From: a virus
Taxonomy: Duplodnaviria; Caudoviricetes
Strand: one strand, 5' to 3'
DNA: 57,253 nt
IMG/VR virus record: IMGVR_UViG_3300021223_000017
Coordinates: 1 to 57,253 of that record
A program made the translations under genes and the position numbers. Below the pieces are notes generated by a model. It worked only from the letters and a program-made list of their open reading frames with translations. It was not told where the DNA came from and ran no database searches. Below, one piece after another: positions 35,042 to 43,728 of this stretch (position 1 is the first letter of the stretch; each line of letters opens with the position of its first letter).

Positions 35042-35844
35042 GACAGCTCCCCCTTGCCCATGGCGGCGTCGAGCAGCGCGTCCAGGTCTTCACCTGTCAT
35101 CCCGGTTGCGTGTGGACCAATCCACTCCACAACCTCGATGTGTCCGCTACGGGCCTGACGCAGCCACTCATACCGCTCTGAACCCTTGCGCAGCGCCGCC
35201 AGCTCTTCGGTGAAGTCCGGCCCTTTCAGGCGATTCAGTTCGCCCTGGTACGCCGCGCTGTTGGCTCGCTCAGCGGCGACAGTAAGACGCCAAGCCTCGA
35301 TGTCGAGCCGCTGGCGGTTATTCTCGGCCTTGAGCCGCTCCAGATCGCTCATTAGTCCGGCGGACATGTTGTCGATCTGCCCGATGACGCTGGAGGCTCT
35401 TTCGAACGGCTGGAAGTTTGGAGAGTCCTTGGCATAGCGCCGATGCCAGATTGCCAAGGCCAGGTCGGTCGTCTCTCTCAGAGCTGCGGTGTTCTCGGCC
35501 TTGAGCTGGTCGCGCTCGCTGGAAACGTTAATCAACTTGGCTGCATTGCAGTCGCATTGGCCACGCCATTCGCCGACGATGTCATGCACGTCACCGGTAT
35601 CGCCGCAACTCCAGCAGGACGGGCCGTTCCGCCAAACTTCGAGCTCTTGCGCAAGATCACGCTCGGCTGTGCTTCGGAACGTCTTCAGCCGCTCGTTCTC
35701 GGCGATCAGGGCCAGGATGGTTTCAGGGTCAACTTCTTCGTGGAACTGCTGAGGCGCACGCATCTCCTCGCTTTCATCGGAGAACTTGATTACATCTTGG
35801 GCGGCGTAGGTGGCGGCCGCTTTGAGGTCGGCGTAGTCGGTCAT
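35038..35844 (-). CDS. Ead/Ea22-like mosaic protein
   Basis: PETILALIAENERL, ERYEWLR, LDALLDAAM. Confidence 0.7.
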   Translation of the reverse strand: MTDYADLKAAATYAAQDVIKFSDESEEMRAPQQFHEEVDPETILALIAENERLKTFRSTAERDLAQELEVWRNGPSCWSCGDTGDVHDIVGEWRGQCDCNAAKLINVSSERDQLKAENTAALRETTDLALAIWHRRYAKDSPNFQPFERASSVIGQIDNMSAGLMSDLERLKAENNRQRLDIEAWRLTVAAERANSAAYQGELNRLKGPDFTEELAALRKGSERYEWLRQARSGHIEVVEWIGPHATGMTGEDLDALLDAAMGKGELS

Positions 35845-35993
35845 TTGCATTGCTCCAGCGCACGATCAAGGGGAGCGCTTTGCGCGGCGATCTTCACGCA
35901 CACCAGTGTCAGATATCTGGATCCGGTGGCGATCCCGTTAACGGTAAAAAGCACACACGCAGCTACCAAAAAAATGATCAGGGCGTCCTTCAT
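35841..35993 (-). CDS. Small hydrophobic protein
   Basis: 50 aa, coupled to neighbours. Confidence 0.5.
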   Translation of the reverse strand: MKDALIIFLVAACVLFTVNGIATGSRYLTLVCVKIAAQSAPLDRALEQCK

Positions 35994-36799
35994 CAGAAAC
36001 CCTCCTTGCCGCGCTGCGATTCCCACTCAAACGGAACGACGATCAACCCGCCCTCCCGCAGCCGGTCAACACAGCGGTCGCCCATTGCTCGCCCCAACTC
36101 GCCAGCGCCCAGATTCGAGATAATCACCGTGGGTGCTTCACGCTCGTACCGGCCGTTGATGATTGCGAACAGAGTCGTCAGCTCGAAGTCGCTCGGCTGC
36201 TCCTTGCTCACGCCGATCTCATCCAGCACCAGCAGGTCGGGATTGATCAGGCTGGACAGGATGTCCGACTCGGACAGCTCGCTCCTCCGGTCAAAGGTTG
36301 CCTTGATGGCCTGCAGGACGGCCCCGACGGTTCGGTACACCGCCGTGCGTGAGGTTTTGTGCAGAAGCTCATTGGCCATCGCCACGCCGAGGTGCGTCTT
36401 GCCGGTACCGGGCTTGCCGATCAGCACCATGCAGCGCCCTACTTCGCGGATCTGGTCGAACGTGGCGACGTAGTGGCGGCAAAACTTCAGGGCCTGGCGC
36501 TGCTCGTCATGCTTGACCTGGTAATTATCCAGCGTGCGGCTCATGAATCGCTTCGGGATCAGCGCGTCTCCCAGCTTTCGGGCCAGAGTCAGGCGCAGTT
36601 CGTAAGCTTTCTCGGCCTTGGCGCTTTCCTCGCGCTCGATGGCAATGGCACGCAGGCACTCAGGGCAGCCGCCCTTCAGCTCACGACCGAGGATCACAGT
36701 GACCTTCTGATCAAATTTACCGTGCTTCTCACAATCGGCTGGCTGGGTGCGGATTGGCAGCACGCCATCTGCGACGGAGACAATCTTCTCAGAGCGCAT
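35993..36799 (-). CDS. DnaC/IstB-like helicase loader ATPase
   Basis: GKPGTGKT, LLVLDEIG, IINGRYE, N-terminal CxxH/CxxC. Confidence 0.92.
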   Translation of the reverse strand: MRSEKIVSVADGVLPIRTQPADCEKHGKFDQKVTVILGRELKGGCPECLRAIAIEREESAKAEKAYELRLTLARKLGDALIPKRFMSRTLDNYQVKHDEQRQALKFCRHYVATFDQIREVGRCMVLIGKPGTGKTHLGVAMANELLHKTSRTAVYRTVGAVLQAIKATFDRRSELSESDILSSLINPDLLVLDEIGVSKEQPSDFELTTLFAIINGRYEREAPTVIISNLGAGELGRAMGDRCVDRLREGGLIVVPFEWESQRGKEGF

Positions 36800-37721
36800 A
36801 AGTGCCATCCTCCCGCTGGATCAAGCCGGAGGTGTAGTCGCGCTCAGCGAAGCCGGTGTGACGAGATGGGGCCTCACGCTTCACGAACGGACGGACGTTA
36901 CTGGCCCGGTTCTTGTCGTCCTTGACCCACTTGACGAGCAGGGATACCCACTTGGATTGGGTTTGCAGCAGGCCGGTGGTTTCGTGATGAGCGGTGAACG
37001 GGGCCACAGCGTCCTTGGTGAACAGGTCAGTCGAGACGCCGAAGTGGACGCAGTAGGTCTTCAGCAGGTTGGCGTCAGGCATCCAATCCAGGGTCATCTC
37101 GACAGGGGCCTTTGGGTCAACGAGTGGCTCGCCATCTTCCAAGGGATGGTCTTCAAGATCATCGAAGCCTTTGAAGCTTGATCCCGGAATTTCTTCGCTC
37201 GCGTTGAGAGAGTGGTGCTGATCCCTTCCATTCCCTTCTACATCTACATCTACATCCCTTCCGGGGTCGAGGTCTCGACGGTCACTCGACGACTCTTCGA
37301 CGACCGCTCCGCAATCACTCGACGACTGCTCGACGACTTCTTCCTGATTGATCGACGTATCTTCTCTTTCAGGTTCTTCGCCCTCGATGATCAGTTGTGG
37401 AGGCTTCGGGTACTTGAAGGTGCGCTTTTCGATCTTCTGGTGCTTCCAGCCGTTGACGTGGAGGTACTGCTTTCCGGATACGGAATAGCTGCGGGTCAGA
37501 CCAGAACCTTCAAGCTCGCCCAGCAGCTCGCTGACAGCCTCGGTAGTGATGTCGTCGCCTGGAAATACCAGGGCCTTGATCGTGCGAGGAGCTAGCGGGT
37601 GGTTGCCGCCGTCATCGCAGAAGTTCCAGAGCCCAATGAACAGCAGGCGAGCAAGCGGGCGACTTTCCATCACCTGCTCGCTTGACCAGAATTCGGGTTT
37701 GATAGTGCGGATGCGGGCCAT
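36789..37721 (-). CDS. Replication initiator
   Basis: MARIRTIKPEFW start; internal iterons; upstream of the loader. Confidence 0.88.
   Translation of the reverse strand: MARIRTIKPEFWSSEQVMESRPLARLLFIGLWNFCDDGGNHPLAPRTIKALVFPGDDITTEAVSELLGELEGSGLTRSYSVSGKQYLHVNGWKHQKIEKRTFKYPKPPQLIIEGEEPEREDTSINQEEVVEQSSSDCGAVVEESSSDRRDLDPGRDVDVDVEGNGRDQHHSLNASEEIPGSSFKGFDDLEDHPLEDGEPLVDPKAPVEMTLDWMPDANLLKTYCVHFGVSTDLFTKDAVAPFTAHHETTGLLQTQSKWVSLLVKWVKDDKNRASNVRPFVKREAPSRHTGFAERDYTSGLIQREDGTYAL
37274..37357. repeat. Putative origin iterons (TCGACG repeats)
   Basis: TCACTCGACGACTcTTCGACGAC at 37282 and TCACTCGACGACTgCTCGACGAC at 37315, 33 bp apart. Confidence 0.7.
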
Positions 37722-38503
37722 TACACAGCCTCCTTGAGTTCGGCAGCGAACAGCTCTGCTATATCGATCTGGTACACATCCATCCATGCGCCCGCTGGCC
37801 ACGAGCGAACCGTACCGAAAGTTGGGTGGAGAACTTTGGGGGCTGTGATCCCATGATCCTTGCACCAGCGACGTAGCGGCACGTAGCCAGAAATCCCAAA
37901 CTTGCGCCCAGTGATCTTCTCCACGGCCACTACTGACGCCTGCTTGGTGCCAAGTCCAAGCTCTTGTTTAAGTTTTTGCGCCTGCCGAACAGCAGCCGAT
38001 GCAGTGGCCATGGCTGTAGCTTCACGGCGGGAACCGATTTCGGCTTTAGTTTCGATGGCGTGATCGCGCTGCTGAGCGATGTGCTTGTTCTCGGCGATCA
38101 GCGCGAGTTGCTTGGTCGCCAGATCCTGGATCAGTAGAAGCTTGCCCTCATCGGTATCGATTGACGGGCTTGCTTGCTGTGCCTCCAGTTCCTGCCAGCG
38201 ATCCACTAGGGCGGCGGTAAACTCTGGGCAGAGCTGGGCGACAACTACGAAGCTGTCACGCTTGAATACCATGTAGGTAGCGACACCCTGTCCAAGATGA
38301 TTTTTAACTTCCTGCAATGCAGGTTGTTGGATCACCTTGCGATCCACGAGACGCTCAATGGTTTTTCGTACGTTGTCGTGGCGAGATCCAACAAGCTCTG
38401 CAATTTCCAGGCTCGACATTTCGATTTGGCGCGCCACGTTTTCAGGTTGCGAAAAACGTGGCGCGAGATTGGTAGCGCTATTGATATGTGGCAGGGTTTG
38501 CAT
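37721..38503 (-). CDS. Rha-family regulatory / antirepressor-like protein
   Basis: MSSLEIAELVGSRHDNV, KRDSFVVVAQL, KAEIGSRREATAMATAS. Confidence 0.85.
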   Translation of the reverse strand: MQTLPHINSATNLAPRFSQPENVARQIEMSSLEIAELVGSRHDNVRKTIERLVDRKVIQQPALQEVKNHLGQGVATYMVFKRDSFVVVAQLCPEFTAALVDRWQELEAQQASPSIDTDEGKLLLIQDLATKQLALIAENKHIAQQRDHAIETKAEIGSRREATAMATASAAVRQAQKLKQELGLGTKQASVVAVEKITGRKFGISGYVPLRRWCKDHGITAPKVLHPTFGTVRSWPAGAWMDVYQIDIAELFAAELKEAV

Positions 38504-38532
38504 ATAATCGGCCTCACAAGTGTTATCGAATC

Positions 38533-38558
38533 AGCCGACCTCGACCGTCGGCTTTTTT
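38533..38558 (+). terminator. Intrinsic terminator oriented against the PR transcript
   Basis: AGCCGAC-loop-GTCGGCT-TTTTT. Confidence 0.65.
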
Positions 38559-38627
38559 GTGCCTGTAATTCAGCGCCGAAGCACCAACCTCCCTGTCCCA
38601 CCCCCGTCTCGCCTCTCTCAAAACCCA

Positions 38628-38643
38628 CTGGATAAAACTCCAG
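38628..38643. promoter_or_regulatory. LexA-like box between cro and rha
   Basis: CTGGATAAAACTCCAG = CTG-N10-CAG. Confidence 0.6.
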
Positions 38644-38713
38644 CGACTTCAGGTTTCTTACTTCGTGGACCGGCTGGGCCGATACTGGCTACATGGATTG
38701 GTGAGCGCGGGTG

Positions 38714-38926
38714 TTAGGCGGCGGACTGGATGCCCTTCTGGCGCATGCACAACTCACGAGCCGTGATCTTCCCGCCCGTCAACTCTTCCGCTTTAAAAGC
38801 TTTCTCGGCGCCCATCGGATGGATCCCTGCCACCCAGTACGAAACCGCGGCCTGAGACACATCGAGCGCCAAAGCTGTTTTGGTTTGCCCGCCGAAGAAG
38901 TCGACGAGCCTTTCGATAGGGGTCAT
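38714..38926 (-). CDS. cro: Cro-like repressor
   Basis: FGGQTKTALALDVSQAAVSYW HTH; AGGAGG RBS; divergent from cI. Confidence 0.9.
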   Translation of the reverse strand: MTPIERLVDFFGGQTKTALALDVSQAAVSYWVAGIHPMGAEKAFKAEELTGGKITARELCMRQKGIQSAA

Positions 38927-38941
38927 CTGAGAACCCTCCTG

Positions 38942-39007
38942 ATAAGCCTGCTTATATCCTAAGTAGAAGGACACTTATTTGCAAGCCGATAAGGGAACTT
39001 ATAAATT
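38942..39007. promoter_or_regulatory. OR: three ATAAG-N4-CTTAT operators with PR and PRM
   Basis: Operators at 38942, 38965 (AGAAG variant) and 38989; TTGCAA at 38979-84 lies 17 bp from TAGGAT (minus) and from TAAATT (plus). Confidence 0.85.
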
Positions 39008-39014
39008 CCAGCGG

Positions 39015-39674
39015 ATGAGCACACTCGCCGAACGAATTAAATCCGCGCGGAATCACGCCAAACTGACGCAGAAGGCTCTCGCCTTAAAGGTCGGGGTTGA
39101 GCAGCCCGTGATATCGCAGCTGGAGACAGGAAAGAACCTTCAAAGCGCGCACCTGCCGAAGATCGCGCACGTGTGCGGCGTGAACGCTATTTGGCTGTCC
39201 GAGAACACAGGGCCAATGACTGGCGCGAGCGCTTCCGAGTCGAACGTCTCAATGGCCGCGCAGCCCACAAAATCATTCCGTTACCCGGTAATAAGCTGGG
39301 TTTCTGCCGGCTCGTGGGCGGAGGCTGTAGAGCCCTACCCGGCCGGTATTTCCGATACCTATGAGTTTTCGGAGTACGACTCCAAAGGCCCAGCTTTCTG
39401 GCTCACGGTTAAAGGCGACTCGATGACTGCGCCCGCCGGCCAGAGCATCACCGAGGGCACGCTGATCCTGGTCGACACCGAAGCCGAGGTAGCACCAGGC
39501 AAGTTGGTTGTTGCCAAGCTGCCAGACAGCAACGAGGCGACATTCAAGAAGCTTGTGAGCGACGGCGGCCGGCTGTTCCTGAAGCCGCTGAACCCTGGCT
39601 ACCCGATTGAGCCGGTCGACGATAACTGCCGGATCGTGGGCGTGGTGGTCCAGGCGCTGCAGAAGTTTTACTGA
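39015..39674 (+). CDS. cI: CI-like repressor (HTH + S24 peptidase)
   Basis: N-terminal HTH, VSAG cleavage site, GDSM Ser, TFKKL Lys. Confidence 0.95.
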   Translation: MSTLAERIKSARNHAKLTQKALALKVGVEQPVISQLETGKNLQSAHLPKIAHVCGVNAIWLSENTGPMTGASASESNVSMAAQPTKSFRYPVISWVSAGSWAEAVEPYPAGISDTYEFSEYDSKGPAFWLTVKGDSMTAPAGQSITEGTLILVDTEAEVAPGKLVVAKLPDSNEATFKKLVSDGGRLFLKPLNPGYPIEPVDDNCRIVGVVVQALQKFY

Positions 39675-39901
39675 TGCCCTCCGCCCTTGGAAAACCATCG
39701 ACCTCATGGCGCTGGAGCAAGGTATGGGCCTATGCCCTGCTAGCGCTCATGGTGGTGTTCACAAGCTATGACGGCACTTGGCCGGACGGTGGCTCATACG
39801 GCCGCAAGCGCGTCTTCAGTCCCGGCTTCCTTGTGCTCTGCGTTTTCGTGGCTGTGTTTGAGCTGTTAGCGCTGAACCACTTCTATGGGGAGCGCGGGTA
39901 A
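39674..39901 (+). CDS. Small membrane protein
   Basis: Two hydrophobic segments; TGATG-coupled to cI. Confidence 0.6.
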   Translation: MPSALGKPSTSWRWSKVWAYALLALMVVFTSYDGTWPDGGSYGRKRVFSPGFLVLCVFVAVFELLALNHFYGERG

Positions 39902-40156
39902 ATGGCAGATCTGATGGAAAAGCTCGACGGCCCCAGGACTGCCCAGCAGGAACTGTTCTACGACCTTGAAGATGCGACGGCGGTTATTGCCTGGTCAGTG
40001 GCAGAACTGACCAATATCGCGGGGCTCGCAAAATCGCCGGAGGAGGCCATCGCCTTGATGAAGATGGGCACGCAGCTCGCTGCTCAGCAGGAAAAGCTCG
40101 GCGGGTATGCGGATGAGGTGAAGGCGGGGCAGATAAATCGAAGCAAGCCCGAGTAG
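39902..40156 (+). CDS. Hypothetical helical protein
   Basis: 84 aa, abutting the previous stop. Confidence 0.65.
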   Translation: MADLMEKLDGPRTAQQELFYDLEDATAVIAWSVAELTNIAGLAKSPEEAIALMKMGTQLAAQQEKLGGYADEVKAGQINRSKPE

Positions 40157-40220
40157 GCGCATGGTTTGGCGCGGCGGGATGCTTTAGGAATTCAATTAGC
40201 GCTACGCGCATGGAGAGCAA

Positions 40221-40481
40221 ATGGCTAACCCCATAAGAATGGCTAACAATTTCGTCGCTGGTCACGCAGATTCCGCAACCGTTGCGGCATTGCGCCCAGA
40301 CAACTCAAAAATAGCTATTAGCTTCGTTGAGGAGCAGATGCAGCCATTGCTGGTTAAGCCGAATGGAAGCCCGACCGATTACGAAGTCGTAGAGGCGGTT
40401 ATCGCCTCGATTACGATGGTTCCTGAGCTTGCTAGAGCTCTGGCGGAATCGATTCTTAAAACGCTCGACGGTAATAAGTAA
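40221..40481 (+). CDS. Hypothetical protein (DUF3467-like pattern)
   Basis: GGAG RBS; IASITMVPELARALAESI. Confidence 0.6.
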   Translation: MANPIRMANNFVAGHADSATVAALRPDNSKIAISFVEEQMQPLLVKPNGSPTDYEVVEAVIASITMVPELARALAESILKTLDGNK

Positions 40482-41018
40482 ATGGCTGCTGATGTCGATG
40501 TTGCAGGCGCCTCCGACGCCCATCATCAGCCCTCCTCCATATTTTCCTTAAGCTCTACTCCGGTTGGCGGAATCGCTCAGATTACCGTGACTCAGGCGCA
40601 GAGAGATCGGGCGCCACAAGCAAGCAAAGTAGTTACTCAAAATCGCGCGGGGATGGGCGGCCGTGCTACGATTGAAACAGTCCAATCAGAAGATATTTCA
40701 ACAGACACTCAAATCACGGGAGGCGGTATGTCAGAAAATAATGCATGGTTCGCCTTCCTGAAGTCGCCACACTTTACGGTGATCTCGACAGGGGTCATAA
40801 CCGTCCTTGCGGGAGTAGGCATGTACGTCATGCTGGATAATAAAATATCCGCACTACGCATGGAGACAAAGTCTGACCTGCAGCTGTCTTGGGATCGAAC
40901 GGAAGCCCAATTCGGTAAAGTAGACGGCAGATTTGATAAGGTCGACTCTAAATTTGACGCCGTGCTGAGCAAAATTGACTCTGAGGGAAAAGAAATCCGC
41001 GCCTTACTCCGCCCATAA
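40482..41018 (+). CDS. Membrane-anchored coiled-coil protein (alternative start 40728)
   Basis: TM helix followed by FGKVDGRFDKVDSKFD heptads; GGAGG before ATG 40728. Confidence 0.65.
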   Translation: MAADVDVAGASDAHHQPSSIFSLSSTPVGGIAQITVTQAQRDRAPQASKVVTQNRAGMGGRATIETVQSEDISTDTQITGGGMSENNAWFAFLKSPHFTVISTGVITVLAGVGMYVMLDNKISALRMETKSDLQLSWDRTEAQFGKVDGRFDKVDSKFDAVLSKIDSEGKEIRALLRP

Positions 41019-41267
41019 GCTTTTCCCCGTAAAAAGCCCGGCCTAGCGCCGGGCTTCTTGTATCTGCCCCTTCACATCCCTTTCACAGTCGAACGCTTAT
41101 GGTTATCCCAGCTCCTAGCGATCATCCCTTTAAGCCCGCTACTCCCATCGCGGGCTTTTCTTTGTCTGTGATTTGCCAGGCAGGCCCCGGCCACTCCGGC
41201 GACGTCTATACGCGCCCGCCTACAAAATGACACGATAGCGCCTCGCCTTCGAAAGCAGGAATACAGG

Positions 41268-41678
41268 ATGTTCAGTCACGTAACCGTTGGTACAAACGAT
41301 CTTGATAATGCAGCCGCCTTCTACGATGCGGTGCTGATCCCTCTGGGTTTTTGCCGTAGAGCTGTAACCCCTGATGGCGGGCCGCCTTCCGCGTGCTGGA
41401 TTAAACCCGACAGCCCCCTGCCTCGCTTTTATGTTTACTGCCCTTACGATCAAAAAGAGGCCTTAGCGGGAAATGGCAGCATGGTGGCTTTTTCCGCGCC
41501 AAATTCAGATGCAGTCGACACCGCCTATGCCGCAGGCGTTAGGACTGGTGGTGTAGATGCGGGCGAGCCCGGGCCACGCTCTCACTATGGAGACGGATAC
41601 TATGGCGCGTATCTCCATGACCCGGATGGCAATAAAGTGCACATAGTCCATCGTGGCGATTTGCACTTGCAGGGGTAG
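41268..41678 (+). CDS. VOC / glyoxalase-family protein
   Basis: FSHVTVGTNDL, GNGSMVAF, YYGAYLHDPDGNK. Confidence 0.92.
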   Translation: MFSHVTVGTNDLDNAAAFYDAVLIPLGFCRRAVTPDGGPPSACWIKPDSPLPRFYVYCPYDQKEALAGNGSMVAFSAPNSDAVDTAYAAGVRTGGVDAGEPGPRSHYGDGYYGAYLHDPDGNKVHIVHRGDLHLQG

Positions 41679-41800
41679 ACGCACCTCCCTGCTTTGCTTG
41701 GAGCCCGCCATCACGCGGGCTTTTCTTTGTCTGCGATTTGGTCGCCACGCGCCGGTTACCCTGAACTACGCTCCCAGAATCACCGACTGTCGCCAAAGCC

Positions 41801-42019
41801 ATGCCCTCCCCCGAATACTCCCTCACCGACACCCTTGAACGGATCTACGAGAACCAGCTTGCCCTGGAAGCGGCCATCATGGAGTTATCGTTGTGGGCTA
41901 AGCGCAACGGAGGTGTCCAAGTCGACGCCAGCGTTCGTGGCGCGCTGTACACCATTGGCGAGAACGCGGGACACGTTAAGCAGGGGCTGGCAAGATTGAG
42001 GGCGCATGAGCCGGACTGA
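41801..42019 (+). CDS. Small hypothetical protein, paralog of 1101..1310
   Basis: YENQLALEAAIMELS...VRGALYTIGEN. Confidence 0.7.
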   Translation: MPSPEYSLTDTLERIYENQLALEAAIMELSLWAKRNGGVQVDASVRGALYTIGENAGHVKQGLARLRAHEPD

Positions 42020-42073
42020 GCGCCCTGCCCGATCTGAATCCGTAGCCCACCAGTGAGCGGTTTTTGCTGAATA

Positions 42074-42274
42074 CTAAAACCTTAGCTCTTGGAAGGATCC
42101 GTTCTCGTTGTGCACCTTCACTGACGCCGCTTTCCCTGCAATAAGTGGTGCAGTCATCTTCACGAGCCCCTCTTTCGTTTGTGCCTCTGCAAGTGGTTTA
42201 ACTGAGCCTGTCCTGAACAAGCCCCAGCCGAATTTGGTTCTCAAAATCCTGTACGAATTCATGACTGCATCCAT
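42074..42274 (-). CDS. DUF2188-like small protein
   Basis: GW...TK...SVKVHNENGSFQE pattern. Confidence 0.6.
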   Translation of the reverse strand: MDAVMNSYRILRTKFGWGLFRTGSVKPLAEAQTKEGLVKMTAPLIAGKAASVKVHNENGSFQELRF

Positions 42275-42474
42275 TCAATCGGATTAGTGAGCATAGTCGA
42301 TAAAAGCTGATCCGGACCCGCCCTAAGATGGCGGCTGAGCCAACACCTCGAACAATCGATAGCCCGCCGCTGAGCGGGCTTTTTTGTGCCCAAAATAAAG
42401 ACCTACCACCACACTTTATGCATTTGTGCATGTTTATTCCAAAACTTGCTTGCCAGAGTTCGCCAGCATCAATA

Positions 42475-42490
42475 CTGTACATGCATCCAG
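42475..42490. promoter_or_regulatory. LexA (SOS) box
   Basis: CTGTACATGCATCCAG, 19 bp upstream of ATG 42510. Confidence 0.8.
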
Positions 42491-42509
42491 TACAGGCAAG
42501 GAACATCAC

Positions 42510-42761
42510 ATGACCCTCCCCGCTTTCACTACCTCGCAACCATCCTCCTCCTATGAAGCGGCAGGCCGGCGCTTGCAAGCTTTAATTGCCGCGCCAGGAG
42601 TCCAGAAGGTCCAGGCAGTGACCGTGTCTCGCCTAGCCCATGAAAGGCCAGAGGACTGGAGGCGGCTGCTCCATGAAATCGGCGAAACGGCCGGGGTCAG
42701 GGTGGAAGTTCTGGAAGGTGGCACCGTCAGGATCGGTTGGCGAGAATTCTGCGACGCATAA
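42510..42761 (+). CDS. DUF1654-like protein
   Basis: SYEAAGRRLQALIAAPGVQK...EDW; AAGGA RBS. Confidence 0.7.
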   Translation: MTLPAFTTSQPSSSYEAAGRRLQALIAAPGVQKVQAVTVSRLAHERPEDWRRLLHEIGETAGVRVEVLEGGTVRIGWREFCDA

Positions 42762-42807
42762 ATGAGCCCGCCACTGAGCGGGCTTTTTATCGACTGCATG
42801 AAAAAAT

Positions 42808-42849
42808 ATAAGCGTGCTTATTGACGATAAAAATAAGTTGGCTTATATT
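42808..42849 (+). promoter_or_regulatory. OL/PL: two operators and promoter
   Basis: ATAAGcgtgCTTAT at 42808 and ATAAGttggCTTAT at 42833; TTGACG-17-TATATT. Confidence 0.88.
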
Positions 42850-42882
42850 TCAATTCAAGCCAGCAACAAACACCGCCGGCCA

Positions 42883-42910
42883 GCAGCGAAAGCTGCGTCG
42901 CTCTTTAACA
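42883..42910 (+). promoter_or_regulatory. nut-like site: GAAA hairpin followed by boxA
   Basis: GCAGC-GAAA-GCTGC then CGCTCTTTAACA. Confidence 0.75.
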
Positions 42911-43167
42911 GTCTGACGTGACCACCGCGACGTACCCAGGCCACTACCTGGGTCGGAAGAAGCTAAATCGCCGCCCAAGCAGCCTCTGGATAGCTGCCGT
43001 ACTCCCACATGTGAATACGCGAAACCACGCAAGCCAGCCAGGAAGAACACCGTCCACGAAATGTGTGACCTGGCCAAAGAGAGGACTCAGGCGCCGCGCG
43101 TGGTGGAGAGAACAAATTTTCCTCGATGGCCTTGGAAACAGGGCCATCCGGGAAAAGGAGAAAGACC

Positions 43168-43659
43168 ATGAATGAAGCAATGGTTAAGAGATTTTTCGAG
43201 TTTGTTAAGTATGACCCTGCGATGGGGGAATTCACTTGGGTCAAGTCACCCAACGCAAATTCACCGAAGGGCTCAGTAGCTGGATCAGCGGACACCGCCG
43301 GGTACCGACGGATAAGCCTACTCGGCAAACAGGTATCAGCTCACAGGCTTGCCGTTCTATGGATGACCGGCTCCATGCCTGATAACGAACTCGACCACAT
43401 CAACGGCATCCGATCAGACAATCGATGGGCGAACCTACGGGTTTGTGATCAATCGCAGAATCGGCAAAACGTGAACCTACGATCGGACAACAAGGTAGGC
43501 GTCAAGGGTATTCGCATTACCAAGAATGGTCGCTTTGAGGCTCAGGTTATCGCCAATAAGGCTCGCAAAAGCGCGACCTTCATGACGCTTTCAGAGGCGG
43601 CCGAATGGGTGAGGTCGACGCGAATAGCGATGCACGGAGAGTTTGCAAAGCACGCATAA
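43168..43659 (+). CDS. HNH endonuclease with AP2-like C-terminus
   Basis: AHRL, DHINGIRSDNRWANLR, HGEFA. Confidence 0.92.
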   Translation: MNEAMVKRFFEFVKYDPAMGEFTWVKSPNANSPKGSVAGSADTAGYRRISLLGKQVSAHRLAVLWMTGSMPDNELDHINGIRSDNRWANLRVCDQSQNRQNVNLRSDNKVGVKGIRITKNGRFEAQVIANKARKSATFMTLSEAAEWVRSTRIAMHGEFAKHA

Positions 43660-43728
43660 CAGCATGACGGACATTTTCACTTCTGCATCTGGTGACGGGT
43701 GCAGCGGGAAAACAACCGGAGAGCAGTG

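Larger units (their letters stand above)
41034..42788 (+). repeat. Six related AGCCCG...CGGGCT terminator hairpins
   Basis: At 41034, 41133, 41702, 42044 (degenerate), 42361 and 42765. Confidence 0.8.

Noticed and set aside
38332-38628. 98-aa ORF as cII
   Set aside because: Overlaps rha out of frame, contains a terminator hairpin and has no HTH pattern
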